From: Schmidtea polychroa
Taxonomy: Eukaryota
Direction: 5' to 3'
Assembly (NCBI GenBank): GCA_044892525.1
Contig: CM097885.1
Location: 4,466,001-4,530,000 of the forward strand
DNA length: 64,000 bases
Shown here: positions 13,995 to 26,800 of the stretch, piece by piece
Layout of the letters: each line of letters starts with the position of its first letter
Numbering within the stretch: position 1 is the first letter of the stretch
The notes under the pieces: model-generated
Database searches by the model: none
What the model was told of the DNA's origin: nothing
What the model saw: only the letters and a program-made list of their open reading frames with translations
Program-made: the position numbers and the translations under genes

Positions 13995-14510
13995 AAATTA
14001 ATACGTTTTTTTAAGATTTTCAACAGTCTTACCGTAAAGACTGTTGTTTAATAATTTATAAATGTTTTTGTCTAGTTTGCTCGTTACGCCGTATTTGTAT
14101 TTATATAATTTTTGAAAATTTTATCTTGTTTAAATTTAATTGCTCTGTGTTTTTAAAGAACATAGTTCCTCTTGAAGCTTCTCAACTTTCGAACCGGGTA
14201 CACATCTTTTCAGCGGCAACGGGAAGATCATCCAGTTTATCGTGAATTGACGTGGGATTTCTAAATCCACTTCTATGGTATAACCATAATTAAGCAGATC
14301 TAAATCTACCGTTGTGCACTCAACAATTATATTAATTAATAAATTATCATATGTAATCCATTCAAAGTTAAAAGGTAATGGTTGACTTAAAGCCCAACCA
14401 TATAAATTATTTATATCTATGTAAAGCAACGTGGTCTCGGGGTCTGTTTTTACATAGTGCTTATTTACAAAAGTTAGTCCGCCACGGATACCGCCCTCGA
14501 AAAAGTTTTG
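13995..14510 (-). pseudogene. Family-B pPolB fragment (motifs A-B)
   Basis: GGIRGGLTFVNKHYV..YIDINNLYGWALSQ and IYKLLNNSLYGKTVENLKKR. Confidence 0.88.
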
Positions 14511-15749
14511 AGTTATCGAAATAAAATATGTCAAAATTTTAAAATAAATCTATTAGACATTAACCGTGACTTTAAAATTACTTCATTTTAAATTATGTAT
14601 TAACAACAAATAAGATTAGTGTACCATCACTAAAAATATTTTTAAAACATGAAGACAATTGATTTTTACATTTGATATTGACTTTTAAATAATAGACATT
14701 AAAATTTCCTCTTCAAATGCGGACGAAATAATAAATCATTTGGATTGTTTGGATAGTGTGATGGTTTATTTACAATAATATTACAAATGTATTTTCGATA
14801 TAATAAATAAAATGATCCGTTTAAATATTCACATTATCTCGCCACCTTTGTTTTTTTTCAATTGGAAGATATCTTTAATTAACCTTTATCATTGCATCGA
14901 GTTGTAACCAGGAACTTTCCATTGTGAGGCATCGTTCACTGAGCTCCAAAGAAAATTAAAATGTATTCAAAAATCTGGAATCGCAACAATTTGTGCCCAA
15001 TATCGGACGCTAATAATTTAGCACTTTTCGCTCTCATCATTGGCTTGTTTCATAACAAACTTTAACACTATTCATTGTACTCAAAACCTTTACTCTTAAA
15101 CTTTCCAAATTGAATTAGGGTTTCTTGAGTACAAAAATGAGCAAAGTCATAATTTGAAGTATCTTAAAGCTGGTCTCTAATCATTGTCGGTATAGGAGTA
15201 AAGCTTACAGTGCATAACTTCAAGAAGTCGGTGTCACCGACAACGATATTAATTTTGAAAAATAAATTCTTCTCGATAATTGGTAAGTTCTATATATTGT
15301 AGCTGGTACATCCGATGTAGATGAGTCTATCAAAGGAGATAACATCTTTATTAAAAATTTTCGCTATCAAATCCACATCAATCCTTATTGATTTTCTGAA
15401 TTGGGACTTTGAAACATACATAGCCTCAAATTCTTTTTTTTGAGTTCTACAGATTTCCCGTACAAACTATTATTAAAAAATTTCTAAAAGTCTCGTATAA
15501 TTCACAATGAGAATTTGTTCTCAATTGCGTTATCTTATCTATATAATTTTTAAAATTTGGTGCCTATTTAAATTTAATAACTCTGCACTTTAACGACTTT
15601 TACACCTATTTCAATATAAAGCTTCTGAAGTGTTCATGATTCTTCTTGGGTTAATGCATGACCATCAAATTGTAATTTTGAGGTCCAACCGATAAGACAT
15701 TTCCCATGAAATTCCTTGGAGTTGCACTAAAACCCTTCAAACTGTCTGC

Positions 15750-15935
15750 TTGTGCCTTGAATTTGAATCATGACATTAATGTGAGATCTTTCCAAGAGCA
15801 TTTTCGTCATTTGTCTTCAAGAATGCCTTACACTTGGTATCGAAGTATTTTTTGCATATCCATTTAATCACTCGACTTGTATTTGTTCTGTATTTAAATT
15901 CTTGGTACAGTAGAACTTGGTTTCCTTTCTGCGTC
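15750..15935 (-). pseudogene. FLYWCH-like zinc-finger remnant (MULE transposase-like); duplicate at ~2400-2580
   Basis: TQKGNQVLLYQEFKYRTNTSRVIKWICKKYFDTKCKAFLKT....H.H pattern. Confidence 0.4.
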
Positions 15936-18859
15936 AACGAAAATTCCATAATTTTTAAATTATTTAGATTGCTAATGTCAATTCTATATTAACAAGCATA
16001 CGTGATTTTATGCATATAATTAAATATTTTTTCACAGTTCTGTTCTTGCATTGTTCGATATATGTTATGTTATCATGTTCTGTTTTATCCGGTTTCTTAA
16101 TTTTTGAACTCTTGGCCCTCAATAAAAGGCAAACAGGAGCAGGATACATTGTCGGATAAACTCAGTATATATAATAATAATGTCTTTGTTATTTGGGGTA
16201 GTAAAAAAATACTCAATTAGTTTGATATATAGTGTGGTTTTTAAAAATTTTTGGTTTTTGCAATCATTAACTAAAAATTTAACTTTAATTCTCGAAAAGT
16301 TTATTTCTCCTAAATTTTAATAGTTACAAAAGCCGTAATTACCACTTTAATTTACATAAACAAAAAAACATCTATATAATTATTTTTTTAAACATAAATA
16401 TAAATAAATTAATGTCTAAACACAGAATAGATATACATATAATTAAATATTTACATGTTTTTTGATAGTTCTGTTTAGTTATAGTTCTGTTATGTCACAG
16501 TTCTGTTCTTGCATTGTTCTGTATATGTTATGTTATCACAATGACTAGGAATGTCCGTATCCCGTTATTCTCATTTCTTCGAACACGAGTTTCACCACCA
16601 GGAAATTTAATGGGGTTAGGGTATCATGTCGTGTACTACACTTTGAAAAAGGTAAACTCAAGTCATTGTGAAATTTCCCAAGATTTCCATCAACTCCATC
16701 ACCAGCAGTTTCATACAACAACTATAGTTTATTAACTCTTTGATCGGCGTAAATTAATTGAAAAGAACGGACACAAAACAAAATTGAATATAAAATTTAT
16801 TAGTTCAAAATATTTCATAAAAATTACACATTAAAAGAAAATTACCAAATCCAATAACACGATGTCGTAAAATCGAAAAATTGAGATTTATCAATGTTCC
16901 ACTTGGCTAGACGGAGGCTGGTTCAATGAACATTAGTAGCCGAGATAAGACCTGACAACTCGCGAAGATCACATGTGAAAAATCCATATTTTTGATAGCC
17001 GGCCAGACGTGCATGAGATTAGGGTAACACGTGGACCCCTGAACAAAGAACCATTATATAATCGATGACGCAACATAGGTAATTACGTCATCTACAAATC
17101 TGTTAAAATAGTTAATGGGAGAAGTATTAATTCATTCCAACAGATTCCATTCCTACGAATTGCAGAAATTGTCTTTTAGAAATTTGATATTTTGTTAGAA
17201 TAATAGATAAATTTGGCACGGTTGATTTCTCTATTTTTATAACACATTTATACATTGAATAGCAAAATGCCAGATACTAAATTCAATTTTATTTACATAT
17301 ATTATTTCAGAACATTGATTTAAAAACGTCATTACCATGCGGGATGTTACTTTTTTTACGAATTTGGAGAAGAATGGTAATAATATGTTGCATAATTACG
17401 GTACCTCAACAAGCAATTCAATGATTCGAAATTATGAATCTTCATATCCGTCGAAGTATAATACAAGTAAATCTTATTCAAGACCAACTTGAGAACAAAC
17501 ATATAAAAATAGCTACGGAATTAGTGGAAAATACAATACAAACGAATATAATTTTAAATATAAACCAAATAGAAAATCTATACGAGATTTGTCAAATTCT
17601 CCGTCTGTTAAATATTCAAAAAAGTACAAAAAAGAAACCCAGTCGAAAAATATAGAGCCAATACAAAGTCCTAAGCAATCGAGTTTTATCTCAAAGTATA
17701 AAAGAAATCACGATGACAATGTTGGCGATTAATGAAAGTGAAATTAAACAAGCAAATATTTGAAATGCTATATGAATAGTAAAACAAGTATAGGAACATG
17801 TACCTCTTAAAATATTTACGAAGGCAGTGGTAAAGAATGTAGTCTCATCTCGAACAAGAATAAGAAAATATCCTAAACAAAATGTTTGAATTGAAATGAG
17901 GAGGACAGTTTTAGTTGATAGTTTAACACATAGGAAAGAATATATCTACACAAACTAGTGACAATATATTTCTACCGTCTCTAAGAATTAGACAACCTTC
18001 TTATGAAAGTGAAAAATAAATCGTTTAATTTAATTGGTTTTTAAGGAATTACATATTTAAACAAATTTTATTTTTACTAAAATGAATTTAAAAATAAAAT
18101 TAAGGATTTAAATTTCTAAATTAAAAACCAAAATTTGTTAAAACGTTAAATTATTGACAAAAGTTTTTCAATAGAGCAAAATCCCAACATAATTAACATA
18201 AATGGAAATATAATTACAGATAGGATTAATACACATAGGAATATGATTACAGAAACAATTGATATAATAGAAATATAGTTACAGTTAATTATCGGAACGG
18301 CTAAGGCACCATCTCCATAAGCTTATTCGCTGTCTGTTGCTTGTAATTCGCATAGGATTGGATTAGTAGTTTTCTTTTGTGATTTTAACATAATCTGATT
18401 TGTCTTCTGGTTAGCCCCGATGTTTTTGGTGGCACATACAACATAATTATGATCTAAGATTAATAATAGATGTAAATTTCGATTTAAAATTTGGGTATAA
18501 AAATTAAATTTACCAATGATATTCATGGAACTATTTTCTGAATCCTAGTTCAACTAAAGTTCAGAGTGATGAATGAACTGCGTCAAGCAATCCTAGCTGA
18601 GGTGGTAGTAAAGAATCAAAGTATGAAACTTGACCTGATAATTCCCACCACCAGCTGGATTGATTTCAGCAGCATATATAATTAAAAACTTAAAATTCGA
18701 AAATAATTTAATGTTTGGGAGAATATTTAAATTAAATCGAAAAATTTGAAAAAATTAAAATGATAAAACAAGGAAAATGTTCATATTTCCTTAAATAAAT
18801 GAGACAAATGAGAAACAAAATTCATCATCATTATCTACATTTATTATACATTTTTTCCT

Positions 18860-19975
18860 GATTAATGTTTTCGGGGTTTCAATATATTTACGACCACTCA
18901 ACTTGCTAATCTTTGAATATTTTGTCACAATAAAACTAATGTATTATATTTTGTTGATGGTCCAATTACTGCACTTTTCATCTATCTTACTAATTTTCTC
19001 ATTTAAAAGAGAGATACCATCATCAGTAAATGTGTTGCTCCAAACACGAGCAGAGTTTGATATTATGAAATACTGAAATTCATCATTCTCAAACTCTAAA
19101 ACAAAATTGAATTTTTAGTGAATTTTTTTTACCACTAACTACTTGAGTTGTCATCACTAATTGCTATAGTTTCATTATTTACAAATTCATTATTTACAAC
19201 ATCGTCGTCATCACCAATGATTATTATTTCTTTCATCTTTTTTGTGGGAATTTCTAAATGTCTTTTAATTAATCTATTGACTGTTTCCATTAATGGTCGA
19301 TTTTGTAAGTTAGTACTTTTTTCGGTGTTCCTATTAGTGGTTTATGTTATTGATATATATTTTTAATAAGCAATTTGGAAAACTGACTTTTTAGAAGGCA
19401 TATATTGGGTTAAATGATTATGTTGTTTATCAAGAGTTTGGCATATAGGACATAACAAGTATGTTACACTTTTATATTTATGACAATAATATCGTTACAG
19501 TCATGATGTGTAGCACTGTTACAAAAAGTTGGATATTTATAACCTATAAAAATAATTATAATAGTAATAATAATATTTTCATAAAACATAATAATTTCAT
19601 AATAATTTCTTAATAATATCTTGACAATTGGTTATATAGTAATTTTCTTCATAAAAACATTTTCAACATTATTATTTCCATAAAAATTAATTTCATAAAA
19701 ATTACTTTGATAAATTTTATAAAAACTTACATTTTGGCTTCTTGCACTCGAGATTGGCACTGCATTATTCCCATCATTTTCGGTTCCATTACTTACTAAA
19801 AAATCATAATAATAATAATTTAAAAAATAAATTTACCATAAATTCCGGAAACATTATTTCGATTAATTCCATCATTGTAGACTAAAATAAAAATAAAAAT
19901 AGAAACATATTAGAAAAAATTACCCATACGGTTTCTTCGAATCATTTTCTTAATATCACTTGAGATATTTTGCAT
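18860..19975 (-). pseudogene. Diverged family-B-like pPolB N-terminal remnant with spliced 5' exons
   Basis: GISLLNEKI..NWTINKI..TKYSKISKLSGRKYIETP matches the family-B N-terminus; GT-AG introns at 19882-19923 and 19796-19836. Confidence 0.6.
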
Positions 19976-20116
19976 GTTGTTTAAAAGTGATGAAAAAATG
20001 AAAAACATAGTATATATCACGTTTATTATTCACGAACTAATAAAATAATATATAATAAAATATATAATAGAATAACACGACATTTTTGGCAATAAAATTT
20101 ATTAAAACAAAAAATT

Positions 20117-20455
20117 TTACATTGATAACAACCATGCAAGACAATGTTGGCCACACGTAATTGAAAATGGATGTTGATACCGAGTTTGATTATATACAAT
20201 AAGTTTAGCAATAGTTTGTAATTTATTAATTAATAAATTTGGGTAATAATATCCAAAGGGATCGAATGCATATACTCGGTTTGGTTTCACATATATAGTA
20301 ATCCAATGTTCACTTCCTAAACTAAATGTATGAGTATTGACGATTATGGCTTGATTATTTCTCAAATATGGAATTTTATCCAGTGAATAAAATCCAAGAA
20401 ATTGGTTTCCCAATAATTGAGTACCAATTTGGCAAACCTGAATAAAACTAATCAA
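20117..20455 (-). pseudogene. Adenain-like cysteine protease of another Polinton family (5' end uncertain)
   Basis: IIVNT...GSEHW...AFDPFG...YQ....TCGQHC with catalytic H/D/Q/C intact. Confidence 0.85.
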
Positions 20456-22912
20456 TAAATTAAATTATAAAATAAAAATCTTAGTCCATTAAACTGAACG
20501 ATGTTAAGAAAAGGTATTTTTGTTCAATACACGGTAAAAACAAAAACAAAACCGAAACTTGATTTTCTTTAGAAATTGAACCTTTTCTTAACATCGTTCT
20601 GTTTTTCTGGTTTCAACCTTAAATACATGCAGCTCCAAAATTATTCATTCAGTGAATCGTTGTAGTAGATAGTTGTTGGGCTAAATTTTGAAGTAGAGGA
20701 AACTGGATCGAATAGGGAAACGAACCCCGAGAAAATAAATAAAATAAGATAAAAAATAACTTACAGCCAAATCTCAGTAATAAATAGGGAGAAACAATAA
20801 GATACCAATAAAAGAAATAGGAATAAGTAACCAAAATACATAAAACCCCTAAGATGTGGAAATAAGACAAAAGGGAAATGGTTTAAGGCATACAGCAGAT
20901 AAAGTAGAAATAGAATAAACAAAAAAGTAAGAAAAATAAACGAGAAATTAAAGAAATAAAATAAAAATAAAACCATTCTTAAATCTAATTAAAACAAAAA
21001 ATTATATTACAATAAAATAGCATTAAAAAAATAATAAAACTAAGAAAATAATAAAATAATAATAAAAAATAAGATAAGACCAGTAAAATTCACTATATTA
21101 TAATAAAAAACATAAAAATAATAATAAATAACGAAATTACACGCTAACCGTGTCCTGATTGGACGAAAAATAATATATAAGCAACGTGGAAAATTAGAAG
21201 ATCACCACTTTTAATCCACGATTGCAGGTAAAATTTTATAAGTAAAAACCACTTTTAATCCACGATTGCAGACCACTTTAACAAATACTCTACAGCGAAC
21301 TATTCCAGAGAACAGCAAGGACTACGAAACCGAATCTAAACAAAGAATATACAGTAATCAACCGTCAAATTTAATTGAGGACTAATTCCATTTTGAGCTA
21401 TTCAACCTATCCGATCCAGTTTTCGAAACTTGAGGTATGTCTCAGAAGTTGATTATTTATGGTTGCTAGTTTAATATGGTTATTTTGTAAACATAATTAA
21501 AAAGGAAACAATTTCATATAATAAATTTATTCAAATGAAAAGACAGCCTTTCTTCATGGTACCGGCGACTGTACCATCTGGGAACTTCAGGTATGATGTG
21601 GACGATGCCAAAGATATGCCACAGCGGAATGAGCAGCCACGAGGAACTTTCAGAATATGTATCCTAAGGATGTCGCAGAATTAAATGCTCCGAGAATATA
21701 ATAAGAGTTTATGAGATTTTTTCATTAATGTCACGATCAAATGTGTGATTACAAGGTAGGAGAGACATCATACTTGGAGCCCAAATGATATGGTCGCCGG
21801 GTAAATTTTATTTATTCATTTATTGATTATTCGTTTTTGATTTATCTTGCACAAATTTTAAATTTAATTGAGTTGAAATGAGTTGATTGGTCCCTCATGA
21901 CGGTGCAAGAGCAGTGGCAGAAATGTGTGCCGTTCTTGGGTGTGTCGTGAGGAATGAAGAAACTATGTAGTCAAGATCCAGTTCGGAAATGAATTTTCTT
22001 CATCGAGTGCGATCGTAAATAGAGCATCCCATCATTTCTATCCGTCACACCGAAATCTCCAACAGTCGCAAAGATGATTAAATTCCAAAAGGAGAATGAT
22101 TCATGTTGAGATCGACATTTATATCCAGTTCTGATTTTGTGAGAATCCACGTAGAATAGAAAGACCTTTTCATACTTAGCTTGTCCGTCAGCATATTTAG
22201 AAAGAGAACCTGTTCGACCATAATTTGCGAGAAATTCCAAAATTTTCCGTAATACACCACATTTCCGAGATTTTACCTGATTTGTGTCGCCAGGACGTTA
22301 ACTGCTAAATCCATCGTCGATGCACTTTTAGAATCGTTGTCCTTGGATTGCCGGTATCAGTGATAAGCATTTGCTTTCTGACAGAAGAGTAAACATCTCG
22401 TAATAAATTATCAAAATACTCACCATAAGCTTAAAGGAGATAGTCGCCAGCGATATCGAAAATTCGCCGATCAATCTTAGCTAGCTTGGAGTTAGCCGTC
22501 GTAGATAGCCGATAATATTTTGGTAGAGATTGTGTATTGATTTCTGATAGAGGTTGTGAAACGAACGCATTGACAGTGGTTATCCTAAATCAACATCGTA
22601 AAGGAAAACCTGATAATCGAATCAAGCTTATCTAGTAATCTCCTGATTTGCCACCCACTCATGATTTGATTTTGCGCTCCCAGTTGGCTAATGTTGCTGC
22701 TTGTCTAGGAAAACTGATATTTAATCGACATTACCTTGACTTGAGAATGCAACTATATATGTACACACTAGTCAACTTTGCACAAGGCAGTATAAGGATC
22801 GATCTACGATTAGGGTAGAAAATTTTTTGATGACGTATCGATTACATGATAATACGAATTTTCTCTAAAACAGCGAGATGGTATGCAGGAGTGAAGGATT
22901 AGATCTCCCCAA

Positions 22913-23850
22913 AGTAGTGTGGTTATATACCCAACCAAAACAGCCCCCCAACAAAAACATGCCTCCAAATCACTTAAGCTATTAGAAAAACAACCTAAAA
23001 CTTATACTTTTATAGTATTTTAACCCTATATTTTGAAAACAACCACCCTTAATGACTCTAACTGTTTTAATCTTTAAAGCCTCAAACTCAAAAGCTTCAA
23101 ACTAAAAAGAGAATAGAAAAGAAAATGGCATTATGAAAAAGTTAGAGGGCTATTTGATCTTTATCAGATTATTGATTTTAAATTATATAAATTAAAAAAT
23201 AAATGAAAAATAGTAAAACTGCTCTGAGGGGACAGTGGTATTTTTTTTTTCACTGTCCCCTCAACAGTTTTTTTTGATCCGGATCATTTTTTTTATTTAT
23301 CAACCTCTTTCGTTTATCGAATCTCTTCCAATATACAAGCTGGCCAGACTCATACATCAGAATCAATCCGATAATAGCAGCACACCTTATTATTCGCTTC
23401 TCGCTCGAATACGATTTCATCGGCGTTTTAAGTGTGCTGCTCGAAAGTACAAATGAATTCGAAAGCGAATTCGAAAGAGGTCCGAAAACAACTGAGAAAT
23501 AAATGTGCACATTACCGGGATCGATCCGGGGGTGTTCGAAAGACAGGTGGCAATAATTACCGGTTCGCCACCATCACCCGTTTCAATATTTTTTTTTTCA
23601 TATTTATGTTTAAAAAATAATTAATTAATAAAAAAATAAAATAAAATAAAATAAATAAAATAAAATATACAAGTACTTTATAAATAAAAGATACCCACAC
23701 TATTTTCAATATTATTTTCAAATTTTTAATATTATTTTATGTTGAAAAAAAAACTAACCTCAGATGTGATTTGAACCGCTAGCATTTTGAACCACTGTGT
23801 CAGTCTAGCCCACTACGCCATCAAGGTTTGGATTTTTTGTCATTTTTTAA
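22913..23850 (+). repeat. Left terminal inverted repeat of Polinton copy 1
   Basis: Reverse complement of ~37108-38037. Near-identical to about 23760; the innermost ~90 bp are more diverged. Confidence 0.93.
23745..23827 (-). ncRNA. tRNA-like Pol III unit 4 (inner end of left TIR; paralogue of unit 3)
   Basis: Minus strand reads ACCTTGA-TGGCGTAGTGG...GGTTCAAATC...CTGAGGT-TAG-T9; the acceptor stem pairs 6 of 7 (including G-U). Confidence 0.65.
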
Positions 23851-23894
23851 ATTTTTATTATAAAAAATGAATAATATAAATCTTAAAAAATAAA

Positions 23895-26800
23895 ATGAAA
23901 ACAGGGTATCCAATAAAAAATTTTTTTCTAAAAATGAATTGTAATATTTGCAATAAAGTTTTTAAAAATAAAACTGGATTAATTTCTCACTTAAAATCGA
24001 AAGCTCATTTATTAAAAGAAAATAATCTTAATGATACAAATTCAAAACTTTGTCCTAAATGTAAAGGAAGATTTCTACATTCTGGATATAATAAACATTT
24101 TGAAAATTGTATCGGGAAAAATAGAGAAATATTTACATGTTCTCACTGTAACTTTTCAACAAAAGTAAATTTCTATTATTTAGAACATATAAAAGAATGT
24201 AAAAATAAAAAACAAAATTCTGACGATGAGGAATGTCATTCAGAAGGAGAACCTGATCATGTTGAAAGAGAAAAATATAACTGGGATAATTTTAATCATA
24301 TAGATGAATTTCAATTAAAAATTAATGGGCCTGCAACTCCTGGAGAATATATAAATAAAAATAAAAAAAATATTAAAAATTCTTTCACTGAAGCTTTAAA
24401 AAATTATAAACCGACAAGGTATAATGTTATAAAATATAAAATTATAATCAAAGCAAAATACTGGCGAGGAGCAGAAGAAAAGACAACACCCTTAGATGTT
24501 GAAATTGGAATACCTTTTAAATATTTATTTTCAATTAAAGGATTTGATAAAACCATCAAAGAAATAATTAAAGCAGCAGAAGCAAAACAAGAGGAAGTAG
24601 AAAATGAATTAGGAGATTCAAACTTAGTATTCAACTCTTTCCAAACTTTAGTGATTGATTATTGGAGAGGATTACCACCCAATCCTAAATCTTATATTCC
24701 TACACCCTTTAAATCTAAAAATGTTATAAATGTACAGAATAATGATAACAAATGTTTCATCTGGTCAATACTTGCACATTTACATCCTCAAGCAACAAAT
24801 CCCCAAAGAGTTTCAAAATACAAACAATATGAAAATGAATTAATATTTCCCAAAGGATTCAAACACCCAATGAAACTAGAAGACATTCCAGAATTTGAAA
24901 AATTAAATAATCTTAAACTTAATATTTATGAACATGTTATAGGGAAAGAAATTATTCCAATTTATATTTCAGATAGTGGAATCAAGGATAATGGAGCACA
25001 GGACAACGAGATATATCTTTTAATCTTGGAACAAGAAAATAATCAACATTATGTTTTAATAAAAAACTTTCAAGCTTTTATATCTCCAGAGAATCCAACT
25101 AGTGGAGGAGGAACATGTAAAAGATGTCTTCATTATTCAACAACTAAAAACTCTATGATTTAACATACAAGATTTTGTGAAAAAGATGATCCAGCTTTAA
25201 TTAAAATGCCTAATAATCCCAAGATGTATTTTAAAAACTTTTCAAATTTACTACAAACAGTTGGAGTTCTTTATGGTGACTTTGAATCTATAAACCATAA
25301 ACAAGATTTGGTTTATCAATATTTAAAAATAATAGAAAAAAATAAACTCATGGATTCCTGGAACTCCTCAGGAGAGAAGATGAAACCAGAGAGGATGAAA
25401 GCCTTTCTAAGAAAAAGAAATAAACCTAATAGTGTTAAAAAAACTAAACAATTACCATCTGCTTATAAATTATTATTTAAAAGTAATTATCCTGAACTCA
25501 TAGAATCTAGAGAATATTCAATTCTAGGAGGTACCCCTGAAGAAGTCTTGAATCATTTTACTAAAAATATAAATGATCTAGAACATGAAATATTTAAAAT
25601 ATTAAAAACAAAGTATCCTCAAAATATTTCTAATCAACAACAACAAGAATATGAAAATACTTCCAACTGTTGGATGTGTAAACAGAATATTCTTCCTGAT
25701 GAAAAAGTTATAGATCATGATCATTTAAAAAAGGAAAATAATTATCGAGGAGCAGCTCATAAAAATTGCAATCTTAATTGCCATACTCCTAAATTTATAC
25801 CTGTTATATTTCATAATCTTTTTGGATATGACATACATCTATTTATTAAACACCTCGCAGCAAATGCTAAAAACTCTTTCAAAGTTATCGGCTTAACAAA
25901 GGAAAAATATAAATCAATTGAATATGGGAAATTAAAATTTATAGACTCGTTAAACTTTCTCCAAATGTCTTTAGATGCAGTAGCAAAAACAATGAAACCA
26001 GAAAATTTTAAAATCACTCGAGAATTCTTGGAAAAAAATAATATTCCTCTAGAAGAATATCCTACATGTTTAGCAAAAGGAATATATCCTTATGACTATG
26101 TTGACTCGTTTGAAAGATATAATGAAACAAGTCTTCCTAGCCAAGAAGATTTCTATTCACAACTTCAAAAAAATCATATTACAAATCAAGAATATTCTCG
26201 AGCAAATAAAATGTGGGAATTATTCAAGTGTAAAACTTTAGGAGAATATACAAGTATGTATTTATCCTTGGATGTTTATATTCTAGCAGATTGCTTTGAA
26301 GAATTTACAAAATCTTTTGTTCTTAAACCTTATAATTATATAACTGCACCCTCTTTAGCTTGGGATACTATGTTATATACCATTTGGACTTCAAATATAG
26401 AAGATGCTGATAAAATTATAGATCTTTTAACTAACCTCGATATGTTTAACCAAATTAAAACAAACATTAGAGGAGGAGTCTCTTCAGTAATGGGGAATAG
26501 AGAAATAAAAGCTAGAAATGCAATAACTACTAGCCGAAGACTATCTAAACACCCTGATGATCCATATATGAAAATTAACAATGAGGAATTAAAAGAATTA
26601 TTAGAAACAATGAAAAATCCTATATTTATACTTTATATAGATGCAACAGCTTTATATTCAGGAATTATGACTCAATTTTTACCAATGGGTGATTTCACTG
26701 AAATAGAGAACCCAACAGATGACCTTATGAAAGAAATACTTTCAACATCGAAAGATTCTCCAATAGGTTACTTTATAGAATGCGACCTCGACTATCCAGA

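Noticed and set aside
21200..22912. Possible retrotransposon remnant flanking Polinton copy 1 (also 45545-46900 and 5200-5340)
   Set aside because: Somewhat GC-richer with hints of Gag-like sequence, but no RT, RNase H, integrase or clear zinc-knuckle motif could be read.
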